Below, one piece after another: positions 1 to 14,202 of a stretch of DNA of 64,000 nucleotides; the first letter of the stretch is position 1, and the number at the start of each line of letters is the position of its first letter. Position numbers and translations under genes: made by a program. Source of the DNA: Antedon mediterranea (taxonomy: Eukaryota; Animalia; Echinodermata); contig NC_092670.1 of NCBI RefSeq assembly GCF_964355755.1, forward strand, positions 8,112,201-8,176,200, read 5' to 3'. Below the pieces are notes generated by a model. The model worked only from the letters and a program-made list of their open reading frames with translations. It was not told the DNA's origin and did no database searches.

Positions 1-1070
1 TTCAACAAAGAAGAATTTAACAGTGTAAATACCAACATGAAATGCAAATGTGAAAACTGTGGATATGAATTTGAGTTCAGAGATTTGAAAGAACATTTAG
101 GAATACACGTACATAGTAAAGAGTTTAAATGTGAAAACTTTGAGGATTTTCTGCTAAATGACCAAACACCATTATGACTTTGAACATTGTAGGCCTAGAA
201 TTGAAGAAAGTAAACATTTTGGACTACCCATTGTCAATGAATTTGAACATTGTCGAAATGACGAAAGTGAGAATTCGGGAAGCACTGCCGTAGAAGCTTC
301 GTATGAATTTGAACATTGTCGAAATGAAGAAAATGAGAATTTGCGAAACACTTCTGAGGAAACTTCGTAGAATGAATCTAATGAAAATTATGGAACTGAA
401 GAAAGTGGTGATTTGAGAATTCACACCTCCGAAGAAACTTTGTTTGGTTGTGAAAATTGTGGGAAACAATTTAATAAAAGTGATGATTTAAAAAAACATT
501 TTAAAATTCACACAAGAAAGACACAACATGAATGTGAACCTTGTGGGAAGACATTTAAACCGAATACGAATTTGAAGGAGAAGCACCATTTGAATGTGAA
601 CACTGTGGGAAGAATTTTAAAGAAAGGGGGAATTTAAACAAATATTTCCGGATGCATACAGGAGAAAAACCATATGAATGTGAACATTGCGGTAAGAAAT
701 TTAAACAAAATGGAAGTTTGAAGATACACTTGAGAAAACACACAGGAGTGACACCATATGAATGTGAACATTGTGGTAAGAAATTTAAACACAATGGAAA
801 TTTGAAGATACATTTGAGAACACACACAGGAGAGACACCATATGAATGTGAACATTGTGGACAGAAATTTAAACACAATGGAAGTTTGAAGATACATTTG
901 AGAACAGACACAGGAGAGACACCATATGAATGTGACCATTGTGGACAGAAATTTAAACAAAATGAACATTTGAAAAAGCATTTGAGAACACACACAGGAG
1001 AGACACCATATGGATGTGAATATTGTGGTAAGAAATTTAAACTAAGGTGGAATTTGAAAATGCATGGTTA
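1..1070 (+). pseudogene. C2H2 ZNF locus 1 (5'-incomplete, disrupted); type-B N-terminus joined to type-A fingers
   Basis: 1-670 aligns with 12843-13560 but has frameshifts and a TAG at 368-370. ORF 652-1158 encodes about 5 [16 protein letters not shown] units and runs into non-ZNF repeat sequence at about 1068. Confidence 0.85.
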
Positions 1071-1147
1071 CATTTTGAAGGGTCAGGGTCAAAGATCAAG
1101 GTCCACAAAAAACCAGAACAAAAAAAGAAATAAAAAAATAATAATAA

Positions 1148-2790
1148 CTAGAATTTAATTCGTCACTTTGACGAATTATAGGGTGACAAATTATAGGTGA
1201 TCATTTTTATCATTTTATTGACATTAATATTTTTAAACATGCACGTAATATGTTAACATACTGTACAATCGGAAAACGTTGATGTACTGTATGCCATCCT
1301 ATCTTATAGTGCTGAGTTGTGCCTGTTATATGCCATATACAATATGTACAGTATATACTGTATATCTATATACAGTGTAGCATAGGTGAAATTACGGGAC
1401 ACACATCATGTTCTAATTTTTTGGTATGATGGAATTATCAAAATAAACTCAAAGTTAACAATTTCGAAAGATAATGAATTGAGCAAATAAATATAAGAAT
1501 TGGAAGAGAATTTGGCACGTAGAAGTGCAATGCGCGCTCTTTGAAATTTGTATAACTTTGACTAAAGAAATTTAAAAACTACTTTTTAACTTCAACTGGC
1601 CATATGATAACATCGCAACACCCGATTATTATTTATTTTATATGAATTCATATCTAAATTTCATCAGCTTTCATAAAAAGTTATAATATTCAAGGTCACC
1701 TTTAATTCTAAAGAGCTGTAACATATTCAAATGTATGGTGTAGGTGAAATTACACGTCCTACGTTATTCAACTTTTTACGCGTAATGACGTCATCAAAAT
1801 GAAAACGCTAACCACTATTGGAAAGATAAAATTTATCTTTCCAATAGTGGTTAGCGTTTTCATACAAATTTCAGTATATGCTTGCTTAATTATTTAATAA
1901 TTAAGCAAGCATATACTGAAATTTGTGCAAAATTCGAGCACAAATAACCGAGATACGCTCTGTTGAATGTGATAATCTACACAAAAAGATAAAAAATCCA
2001 AATGTTTTAATTCAAGTGGCCTTTTGATGTCAAAACATTTTGTACGTCAAATGTGTACATGAATTCATATCTACAACTCAATGGCTTCCTGAATAAGTTA
2101 AAAAAAAAAAATGGGTCATCTTGCATTCTGAAGAGTTATTTTCATTTTAAAAAAGACCTATTTTTCACCATTTTCAGAACTTTTGTGAAATTAATGTGCG
2201 CATTTTGTCATTTTTAACGTGCTCGTATAACGTTATTTTAAGATGGAATGACTCAAAATCGGTGAATGTACTAAGAGTTATGAGTAGAATGTAATTTATA
2301 CATCAAATTTTATATTTTCTATGCCTTTTAAGAATTGCGCGCATAAAACGTATTTTTTGCGCAGTAATTTTTTGAAACACGCAAATGGCCTTTTTCATGC
2401 TCTAAATTGATCAAAACTTAATGTTGAGCTTTTTAAATTTTTAACGCGAGATTTCACACGCATGACGACCTTAAAAGGCGCGCGTTTTTATTTGCTAATA
2501 TCTTTACTCTTGACCTGAAGTTTACGTGTAGTGAATTTCATTGATATGTGATAATGAATTATGGAGATATGATTGATAGTGTGATTTCACAAAATCGCGT
2601 ATTATTAACGTCACGGTTGAGTGATCACACTGAAAAGCTTATTATGGTTACGTTAAAGTATTTAAAAGACATTGTAAAATGTTTGTGATCATTGCTATTT
2701 AACTTTTTTAGATAATTGACACAAAAAGTTTACAGAAAGAAGAATAACAACAACAATGACAACAATAACAATAGGTGATCATTTATTCTA
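1148..2790 (-). mobile_element. Non-autonomous Helentron (HINE/DINE-1-like), family 1
   Basis: Reverse-complement paralog of 31727-33316. Subterminal repeat TAGGTGATCATTT near both ends; 3' hairpin AATTCGTCA-aag-TGACGAATT followed by CTAG. Confidence 0.75.
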
Positions 2791-2799
2791 TAAAAAAAA

Positions 2800-2870
2800 T
2801 AAGCTCAGTGGGACTTGAACCAGTGATCTCAACTGTGAGAGGCTAGATACATAACCATTACACCAAACTC
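2800..2870 (-). other. tRNA-derived sequence (SINE head or pseudo-tRNA)
   Basis: Minus strand has an A-box-like TGGTGTAATGG and a B-box-like GGTTCAAGTCC at tRNA spacing; stems pair poorly. Confidence 0.5.
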
Positions 2871-3316
2871 TCATCCACAACTTTGTAGTGTGCAGTTAGC
2901 CTATTTACACTTAGAACTAATAAAAAAATTTAAAAAATATATATATTCCGGGAAAATTTTATGTAGGGGAATTTTACAGTAGGCGGAGGTTTGTACTCTC
3001 GGAGTACCCTCTAGTTATCATTATTACGTAGGTACATGTTCCAAAACTGAAATATTGATTCTATACTTTGTTTGTATACAATGTTTTAATTACCTCCACC
3101 AACCAGAATGGCGAGAGCTGGTTATGAGACAATCGATTTTTGGTAATTTACTATTTATGGTATATGGCTTGGTTATAATTGATACGGCTTGGTAATTAGG
3201 ACCCCGCTTTTTCATAAACATAACAGATACGTTAACAACGCAAGCTAAGGGTTGACCCCTGATTAGGGTTTTATAGGGCCCAAAGGTGTTCCCTTAAGTT
3301 AGGGGTTACTTTATCT

Positions 3317-3417
3317 AACAAGACCATAAACATGGCTGCAGTCGCGTGCTCAAATTTTGAGTTAGTGTTTACCGACCATCCGACATAGTGAGCTGTAGAG
3401 TCGCACGCGACTAAAAA
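3317..3417 (-). mobile_element. Short Helentron-type element, family 2 (AGTCGCGTG subterminal repeat)
   Basis: Homologous to 18779-18898, 10005-10769 and 11470-11578; ends in agtcgcacgcgactaaaa. Confidence 0.6.
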
Positions 3418-3460
3418 CTCAGTTGCAGTAAATTTTCTCTAAAACTTTATTTTTTTTTAG

Positions 3461-3805
3461 ATTTATGTGAAGAAACGACATCTTAATTGATGAATACGAA
3501 AATAGATTGTAACAGCATGAAATGTGAACACTGTGGATATAAATTTGAGTTAACGGAATTGAAGGTAGATTGAGGAACACGTACATTTTAAAGAGTTAAA
3601 GAAAGAAATCTTGAGGATTTTCTGCTGAATGGCCAGAAACCATATGATTTTGAAATTGAAGAAAGTTATTATTTCGGACTACTACTACAACTACTACTAC
3701 TACGACAAATCTGAACATCAACAATTATGAAAGTGAGAATTTGGGAAACACTGCCGAAGAAACACACTTCGTATGAATCTGAACATTGTGGGAAAATATT
3801 TAACA
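3461..3805 (+). pseudogene. ZNF locus 2, N-terminal remnant
   Basis: Acceptor ttttag|atttatgtgaag resembles 21294; encodes MKCEHCG...YESEHCGKIFNK with stops; cut off by the pPolB fossil. Confidence 0.7.
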
Positions 3806-5329
3806 AAATGTCAAGATGGTCTAAGAATGTTTTTTTTCTCAAAAGGAAACATTTAATCTCAGACAAGAAAAAATTATCGTATCTGTGATGTTGATATTTT
3901 ACGTAAATGTTGTTTAACCTTTAGGCATATATTTAAACAAGTTACGGTGCTCAGCGATGATGTATAAAAAGAGGGGTGACCCATTTCCCAATGGTTTGAT
4001 TTGCCTCCGCATTTTTTCGCTAGAAATTTCCTAAAACCAGAAACGATAGCGACATTTCAACAACATTTTTCTCAATTTGAAGATGTTGACATTTTGGAAC
4101 ATGAATGGAAGTAAATTATGAGTTCGTTATCTCCTCTTTATCGACAGGAAATCCTTTATGTACCGTTCGTTCATTCTATCCTTAATCCGCGAGACGCTGT
4201 CTTTGGTGGAAGAACAAAATTCGGCGCGATTATTTTACGAGGCTAGCATAGCAAAGATCATTACGTAGATTTCACAAGCCTCTATCCGTACTGCAATAAT
4301 ACGGAACATATCCCGTTGTTGGTCACCCCGAGATTTTGGCATAAAAAACATATCGACCGATATTATTGCCTAATTAAATGCATAAAACCGCACGAACATT
4401 TGTTACATCCTGCATTACCATACAGGACCAATGGTAAACTTGTGTTTTCGTTATACCGCACCTGTGTAGAAAACTAATGTGTCAAGAAAGACGTAGAGAT
4501 GGGATATAACCTAACCAAAGGTCATGCAATCCTCTAACCAGTATATTACCACTTTTTAAAAAAGAACCTTCAGGGTGGCCTGAGGTGTATCTCTGACGAT
4601 GACAAGCAGAAATATATCAGTATGAAGAAAATGAGGGAAAGAAATTAAATAAATTAATTAATTTATTAAATTAAAATAGATGAAACTGTATATAACGCTG
4701 GATTAAAAGCTTTGGCTAAACTTATGTTAAATTGTTGAGGATAGTTTGGTCAGAAAGAAAATCAAGCTAAAACCACAATCACTAGTGATGCAAAATGAAG
4801 TGTACGACCTTCTATCCACACCTGAAGTTATTGATTATAAATGATGTTACCCTAATTAATGCCAACTTGGTAGAAGTTAAGTATGAAAGTCAATAAAAAA
4901 GCGTCACAGAAATAAGAAAGTAAACATAGCTATTGCCGCTCGTTTCTAACATTACTAACCTTGGTGAATGGCAACCACCAATTGGAGATTATCTCGGTGA
5001 ACTAAAAAATGAAATTAATCAGAAAGATGGCCAGTTTTATTTCATGTTGTGTCCGGAGATACAAAAAATTACGTATACAAATCGGGTAAAAAAAAGTTAA
5101 ATGACAAACATTCTCAATAATTCAGTGCATTTTTATTAGTTCCATTGTTAGGAGTGTTGGACCAAATAAAATATCTACATCTGATTTAAACTGTATAACC
5201 CGAAAACCAAAGTCAAGAAAAATAGTTAATGAATCATCCACTAAAGATTATTTATAGATTTGTGTATGATAAACTCAAATAGGCCTAATTGATATTACTG
5301 TACCGTACCATACGGCTATGTTTGATAAA
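3805..5329 (+). mobile_element. Decayed protein-primed DNA polymerase B (Polinton/Maverick or adintovirus-like)
   Basis: Hand translation across frameshifts gives, in order: DVDILRKCCLTFR (about 3887), RNFLKPETIA, LNPRDAVFGGRT (4181), YVDFTSLYP (4262), GHPEI, HPALPYRTNGKLVF, EPSGWP, NAGLKALAKLMLNC*G*FGQ (about 4695-4753), GDYLGELKNE, FVYDK, PYGY (5308). Confidence 0.85.
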
Positions 5330-5934
5330 CTGCATGTTTTTGCTTCACATTCTTATGTTATCTCCGGAATATAATTTGTATAGGCCTACATATGTTTTTT
5401 TTTCACATTTTTTCTTTACGATTATTTAACGATCGTTTTACGATTATTTAACGTACGGTAGTTAAAGACTGTATATTTTCATCGGTAAGAATTCCAATTT
5501 GTTCTGTAGTTTTAGTAGGCCTAATTCGTTTTTAAATACTATTTTGTGTAATATTCTTGTAAATAAGAGAATTTATTTTTTGTAACGATTTTGTAAATAT
5601 TATAACATTTTTGTAACATTTATTTATCTTTTTGTAACTAAATATACTGAAATAAAATAAATTGTTACGTATATTTCATCTTTATTTAGTGTGTCGATTA
5701 ACTTCAAAAACAAAAACTTACTCTCTTAAATTCATCGATTGGGATTTTCAATCGTCTTACCTTTGATGATTAAACCCAAACTTTTTAGACTGAATATTGT
5801 ATCCATGACCGTGAAATACGCTCCAGTTGAAAATAAAGTTTCAACTGATAGAAAGTTTGATTACAACATCCAAATATTGTGATGTGTGACCGCGTGGACA
5901 TGCAAACAAGTTTGTCCAATACCTCAAATGCATA

Positions 5935-6131
5935 ATCTCTCTTTGCAGCTTGAGTCTTGATCTCTTTTTGCAGCTTGAGTCTTGATCTCTTTTTGCAGCT
6001 TGAGTCTTGATCTCTGTTTGCAGCTTGAGTCTTGATCTCTTTTTGCAGCTTGAGTCTTGATCTCTGTTTGCAGCTTGAGTCTTGATCTCTTTTTGCAGCT
6101 TTGAGTCTTGATCCCTGTTTGCAGCTTGAGT
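5935..6131. repeat. 25-bp minisatellite, about 8 copies
   Basis: Unit gcagcttgagtcttgatctcttttt; explains minus-strand ORFs 5785-6153 and 5924-6235. Confidence 0.9.
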
Positions 6132-6389
6132 CCAATCCAGGTTTCACATGCATAACATCTAATGGAAATATTCCGGGCTACTACAAACGAAAACATAATC
6201 AGATGAACAGAATTAATATTATTATTATTATTCAAACAAAGAAATAGGCATAGGGCTAAACTCTTTCAATATTACTGTAACTGTAACAAAAAATATATAA
6301 ATTACTAGTATTCAGTTGAATTGACGGGGAGGATTAAATCCATATTGGCGACTCAGTATGATGGCAAAGATATAACAAGTATGATGATC

Positions 6390-6862
6390 CGTTGGTTGGG
6401 GACACACCACGCGACGCGCCAGGTACACAGCACGTGGTTGCAGGAGATGGAGGAGAGAGAGTAGAGACGTGTCATGCATCTTTCAACAGATTGATTTCAC
6501 TGTAAAGATGTACTTATAATAGGCCTACTAATGATTGGTGAACTTAAGTTAATGGTAGCTAGTTAGTAGTCTATACAGTACTTCTAGGTAGACCTCCTAG
6601 GCATGTTAATTTATGGTTAATTAATTTACTACCTAGCAGCAGCAGAAGCTAGAATTTCGCTAGTAACATGATATCCGATCAGTGCTACTGTACAGTTCGG
6701 TCGCGATTCAAATCGGCCGTGGTGGTACGTATTCGGTCGCTTCTTCACCGCTTGACTTATCTCTATGGCTATAATGTGAAGCGCCGCTGGCGAAATTTCT
6801 ATTTCAAAGCTTGGACGTCTCAGGCAGAAATCATTTATGAAATACAGCATCAATTTGGACAT
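6390..6862 (+). promoter_or_regulatory. Conserved non-coding block upstream of type-A ZNF (candidate promoter/5' exon), copy 1
   Basis: Homologous to 28378-28818, 45490-45925 and 58466-58969; relatively CpG-rich; contains CACGTG (E-box) and CACACCACGC. Regulatory role is inferred. Confidence 0.5.
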
Positions 6863-7411
6863 TAGGGGGTACTATATAATAAGTATTTATATCAGAGAGT
6901 TACAGTACCTGCTTTTGCTGTCTGGAATAATAATAATACAGTTTTCTTCCATAGTTCAACATATTTATAATTTTTTAGGCCAGCCTAGGCCTACTAAAAA
7001 GTATCAGTCTTTTTGCCTTTTTAGTTATTTTTATTTTTATTACTTTAAATAAAGTTATTCACTTTTTTAGAAAAAATAAGCTAATTAATACACATTATAA
7101 AAAAAAAATATATGATTAAATTTAACTAAAAAAACTGTCGCAATCGACTTCCAATTGAACATTCTTACTTTAAATTATAGTTTTTAAATTAATTTTTTGG
7201 TTCAAATTTTAGTCAAACTGAATAACTATTAGATGGCATATTCAACACACAAATTTAAAAAAAAAATTTGATTGGGGGAATTGAGTGGGTGGAAATATTT
7301 CTTTAAATAAATCAGTGACAAAAAAAATTCTCAAAACCATAAATAGTCTATTATTATTATTACCGTAGTTAATTTAACGACATATTTTCTTTCAGAATTA
7401 CAGAATACAAC

Positions 7412-9358
<1,947 letters not shown>

Positions 9359-9474
9359 ACAAAATGAAAGCACTCAGAAACTGATATTTCGGCCCATGTT
9401 AAAAGAATACAAATTGTTCTTTTTTTTTATTTGTGAAATTCATGAATTTTAAAAGGCATGTACTGTAAATATAT

Positions 9475-9605
9475 ACTCTGTCTACACTATCAAACTAGTT
9501 TGACAAAAAAAGTGTGATGTGCCCAAATATGGTAGTGATATGACATGTCCATAAATGGATCACAATTTTTTGTCTCATAAATTTTGATAGCATAGACAGA
9601 GCTTT
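9475..9605. mobile_element. Harbinger-like MITE
   Basis: Ends ctctgtctacactatcaaa / tttgatagcatagacagagc; a related inverted copy lies at about 15833-15977. Confidence 0.55.
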
Positions 9606-10004
9606 AGACAAAAGAATATAACTTTTGTGGGAAAATAATTGTACTTTGAACACACAGTGGTGATTTGAAGGAACATTTTAGAAAACAAACAAGAGATACA
9701 CTACATTATAACGTTGTGCGAAGAAATTTAAAGTGATAATTCACATGAGAGAGAATTAATAGGTTAAGTTTGAATATTTTTTGGGGAAAATAAACAGAAA
9801 TATTTATTTCAGATAAATGAGTTACTATAATGCAGTACTCAATAATTTGAGCCATAATACTTGAAGAATATAATTATGTAGATTAATTTATTCCCTGATA
9901 CAAAAAAACTAATACATTGAAGTTTATTAAGAGTTTTAAGATTATCATGTCAATCAAACAAAATAGATAATAATAAACCATTCACATAAAGTGAGAATTT
10001 TGAA

Positions 10005-10769
10005 AACAAGGCCAACAGCCATTAAGTCGCGTGCTACAATGCATAGTGATACCGGACCGACAGACAAACAGACCGACAGACAGACAGACGGACCGACCGA
10101 CATAGTGAACTATACTGACCGAAATTACTGAACATGTTTAAAAATGTTGAAATGTTTAAAAACATTTATATTTTTTTAATTTACACGTGCGTAGCCTGTC
10201 ACTTTTGACGTGCTCGTATAACGTAATTTCGAGTTGAAAAGTAAGTCAAGAAAACAGAAATCGGGTAAAAAGAGTGCGCAATAACATTTAACGCAAAAAT
10301 CTGCGCACTCATGGCAATTTTGTAAACGCTTAAAATTGCCTGAAACGTACTCTTATTTCATCGAAAATAAATTTTGAAAATTTTAAGCGCGCGTACGCAT
10401 GCGTTACATGCGCTACGCACGTAATTGTATTGCCATATGATGATTTATGCCCTGAAATTTATGAGTACCAAATTTTATTTAATTGTGATTCATGGTTGTT
10501 AAGATATGATTACAAACATGATTTCGTTAAATCGTACGTAGACCGCGTAATTTTTTATTGCGCACCGTGAAAACATAACCACATCGATTCCTGGCCATAG
10601 GGAATATTCTGTGAAAAATTGACTTAGCTAGATTAAACTGATATCAAGATAAGGTCATAAAGCGATAAAACGCATAGTGATACCGGACCGACAGACAGAC
10701 CGACAGACAGACAGACAGACCGACCGACCGACATAGTGAACTATAGAGTCGCTTCCACGCGACTAAAAA
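10005..10769 (-). mobile_element. Helentron-type element, family 2, with (GACA/GACC)n microsatellite
   Basis: Terminal palindrome agtcgcttccacgcgactaaaaa, subterminal agtcgcgtgc, duplicated microsatellite core at about 10045-10110 and 10672-10745. Confidence 0.7.
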
Positions 10770-11469
10770 CATTTTAGAACTCGCACAATGAATCTGAATA
10801 TTGTGAGAATAAAAAAACATTTGAAAATATACACTGCAAAGACACAACACAATATAAATGAAATTTGTAGAAAGAGATTTAAAACTAATATTTAACATTT
10901 AGAATTACATTTGAGGATACACACAAGAGAGAAAACATACTGTACTGTATAAATGTTAATGTTCTGTGTGTTGCTGTTTTTTGTTTTGTTTAAAGTACAC
11001 ACACACTTTCAATTCTAAATGTACAATCTTTTACTTACTAGTTAGTAAATTGTTGTTATAACATTTATTATAGTACTATGATACCTAGGACTTTATTATT
11101 TTAATTCACTTTATTATAACATTATACATTTTTGGTTTTGTTTACACTTTGTTTCGTTTGTGATATTTTGTTGGTCAAAAATTATAATAAACCCTTTCTA
11201 TGATTTATAATGTACAGTAGCCTTCCTATGTAATAAAGCCTTTCTATGATTTATAATGTACAGTAGCCTTCCTATGTAATAAAGCCTTTCTATGATTTTT
11301 ATTTCAAAGTAAGAGTTTTCTTTTATAGTCGGTTTTTGTAACAATAAAATCAAGTTTTATTCATATATATTCAAGGTACTGTATTATATACTATTTTGTA
11401 TATTTGTGTATATTTGTAAACACATGGCGACACAACAAGGGATAGATAGATAGTAGTTTGTATTTTATA

Positions 11470-11578
11470 TTTTTAGTCGCGTGGACGTGACTCTATAGTT
11501 CACTATGTCGGTCGGTCGGTCTGTCGGTCCGGTATCACTATGCGTTTTAGCACCCGACTTATGGCTGTTGGCCTTGTT
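11470..11578 (+). mobile_element. Helentron-type element, family 2, minimal copy
   Basis: ttttagtcgcgtggacgtgact...gtcggtcggtc...gcacccgacttatggctgttggccttgtt. Confidence 0.65.
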
Positions 11579-11829
11579 ATGTTGAAGTTGAGGTATTCAT
11601 GAGCAGAGGTACACTATAGGTTATGTTTTGGAAAAAAAAGTGTATACTGTAGTCATTAGAATTTTAAAGTACTGTAGTTATATTATAGATAACTGATTTT
11701 GCTGCAGTTTTGCAATCGATCAGAATATTCAAAACTTAATGTTGTTACGTGTTGTCAAAAGAATTGACACAACAATGTAACACTCAATCCAAGGAGTAAC
11801 AACTCTCTTCTAAATCCAATTATCTAATT

Positions 11830-12175
11830 AAAGTGGAATTTCAATACAATTCTACATAATTGGCGTTATACAGTATACTGTAAAGGCAGTGACGATCCAC
11901 TATTAGATCTCTAGATAAAGCCTTTCTCCACCCACTCTACACAATGGTAGAGTGGGTCGGTTATAATGTCTCGGGGCGTTACTCAACAAGTACTCTTACG
12001 GCATCTAAATAGATAATTCAATTTGCTTAATTATACTCTCAACCAATCAAATACCGTAAATAAGTACTTGTCTGCCAGTCTATGATCCTATTTATTGCTG
12101 AGGAATGCCATTCAGTTGTATACAGTGGCAGCGAGAGAACGACTGAGGAAGACTATAATTATCATTGAGGTAGGT
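11830..12175 (+). promoter_or_regulatory. Candidate promoter plus short 5' exon for type-B ZNF
   Basis: Diverged homology to 20245-20535; CCAAT at about 12043; donor-like GAG|GTAGGT at about 12169. Confidence 0.4.
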
Positions 12176-12819
12176 ACACGTTCCTAAACTGAAATATTGA
12201 TTATGAGACAATCGGCGTGTGTGTTTCTTATAATTGTTATCAGGATTACTCGAAAATGTATTGCCGATTTTCATAAGATTTTAAAGGATAGGTTCATAGC
12301 TGTATAGGAACACGTTATTCAATTTCATATGACTAGTAGATCAAATATCAAGCTGACCACAGCAATGGAAAGTTTCACCATAGGGATTTTCATTGCTTAT
12401 TACGTATTTGTTGATATGTGGCATTGGCCCTCGCAATTAACACTCTAACTATCTATTTTGTTGGTAACGTATTGTATAGGGCTTGGTTCTATTTGATACG
12501 ACTTGGTAATTAGGAGGACCCCGATTTATGTTTCTTTTCCCAGAAAAATAGTAGGCCTAATGCCTTAAAATAACGCAAGCTAATATCACTCAAATTAATC
12601 CGTTACCATTAGGCCTCAGTAAATCTAATTAAAGCAAAAGCTGTATACACGACATTAAAGTCGAATACGCCAATTTTAAATTCTTTGACATTATTCTATT
12701 ACAAAACTACTGTATGTACATAAGTTTGTTTTGCAATATATTGTAGCTAATAGAATAGTACTACTAAGTATAGTCGGAGGAAGTAGAATTATAGTTTTGA
12801 CAATTGTATTTTTTTATAG

Positions 12820-14202
12820 ATTTATTGATGAATGAATATGACTTCAACAAAGAAGAATTTAACAGTGTAAATACCAACATGAAATGCAAATGTGAACACT
12901 GTGGAGATGAATTTGAGTTCAGGGATTTGAAGGAACATTTAGGAATAGGCCTACACGTACATAGTAAAGAGTTTAAATGTGAAAACTCCGAGGATTTTCT
13001 GCTAAATGGCCAAACACCATATTATGACTCTGAACATTGTAGGCCTAGAATTGAAGAAAGTAAACATTTTGGACTACCCATTGTCGAAAAAACTTCATAT
13101 GAATTTGAACATTGTCGAAATGACGAAAGTGAGAATTCAAGTAACACTGCCGTAGAAGCTTCGTATGAATGAGAACATTGTCGAAATGAAGAAAATGAGA
13201 ATTTGGGAAACACTTCTGAAGAAACATCGTATACTGAATCTGATGAAAATTGTGGAACTGAAGAAAGGGGTGATTTGGGAATTCACACTTTCGAAGAAAC
13301 TTTGTTTGGTTGTGAAAATTGTGGGAAACAATTTAATAAAAGTGATGATTTAAAAAACCATTTTAAAATTCACACAAGAGAGACACAACATGAATGTGAA
13401 CATTGTGAGAAGACATTTAAACAGAATGCGAATTTTAAAAAGCATTTGAGAATACACACAGGAGAAGCACCATTTGAATGTAAACACTGTGGGAAGAATT
13501 TTAAAGAAAGGGGGAATTTAAACAAGCATTTGCGGATGCATACAGGAGAGAAACCATATGATTGTGAATACTGTGGGAAGAAATTTAGATCTAGTGTAAA
13601 TTTGACAAAACATTTGAGAGTACACACAGGAGAGAAGCCATATGAATGTGAAATTTAAACACAGTGGGCAATTAAAAATACATTTTAGAACTCACACAGG
13701 GGAGACACCGTATGGATGTGAACATTGTGGAAAGAAATTTAAACAGAGAGTGATTTTGAGAGAACATTTGAGAATACACACAGGAGAGAAACCATATGAA
13801 TGTATATTTTGCGCGAAGAACTTTAGAACTAGTAGTAATTTAAATATACATTTGAGATTACACACAGGATGCAAATCGTATGAATGTGAATATTGTGGAC
13901 AGAAATTTATTACTAATGGGACTTTAAAAAAACATTTGAGAATTCACACCGGAGAGACACCTTATGAATGTGAGCATTGTGGAAAGAAATTTAAACATAA
14001 TGGATATTTAAAATTACATTTGAGAATACACACGGGAGAGAAACCATATAAATGTGAACAATGTGGAATACAATTTCAATGGGATAAAACCTTCAAAAGG
14101 CATCTAAAAACTCACACACAGAGACACTCTTTAAATGAAAACACTGTGCTATCATGTTTAAATTCAATTACGTTATTACCAATCAATCAATTACAAAATT
14201 AG
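12820..14202 (+). pseudogene. Type-B C2H2 ZNF locus 4 (about 10 diverse fingers, disrupted)
   Basis: ORFs 12804-13172, 13203-13658 and 13642-14202; TGA at 13170; deletion frameshift at about 13650; acceptor tttatag at 12818. Confidence 0.85.

Noticed and set aside
2800-2870. Functional tRNA gene
   Set aside because: A and B boxes are present, but acceptor and anticodon stems do not pair convincingly; embedded in repeats.
5785-6235. Protein-coding ORFs with repeated KQRSRLKLQ
   Set aside because: Translation of a 25-bp minisatellite.
6668-6865. Conserved small ORF in the upstream block (also 28730, 58816)
   Set aside because: Frame and length are not conserved among the four copies.
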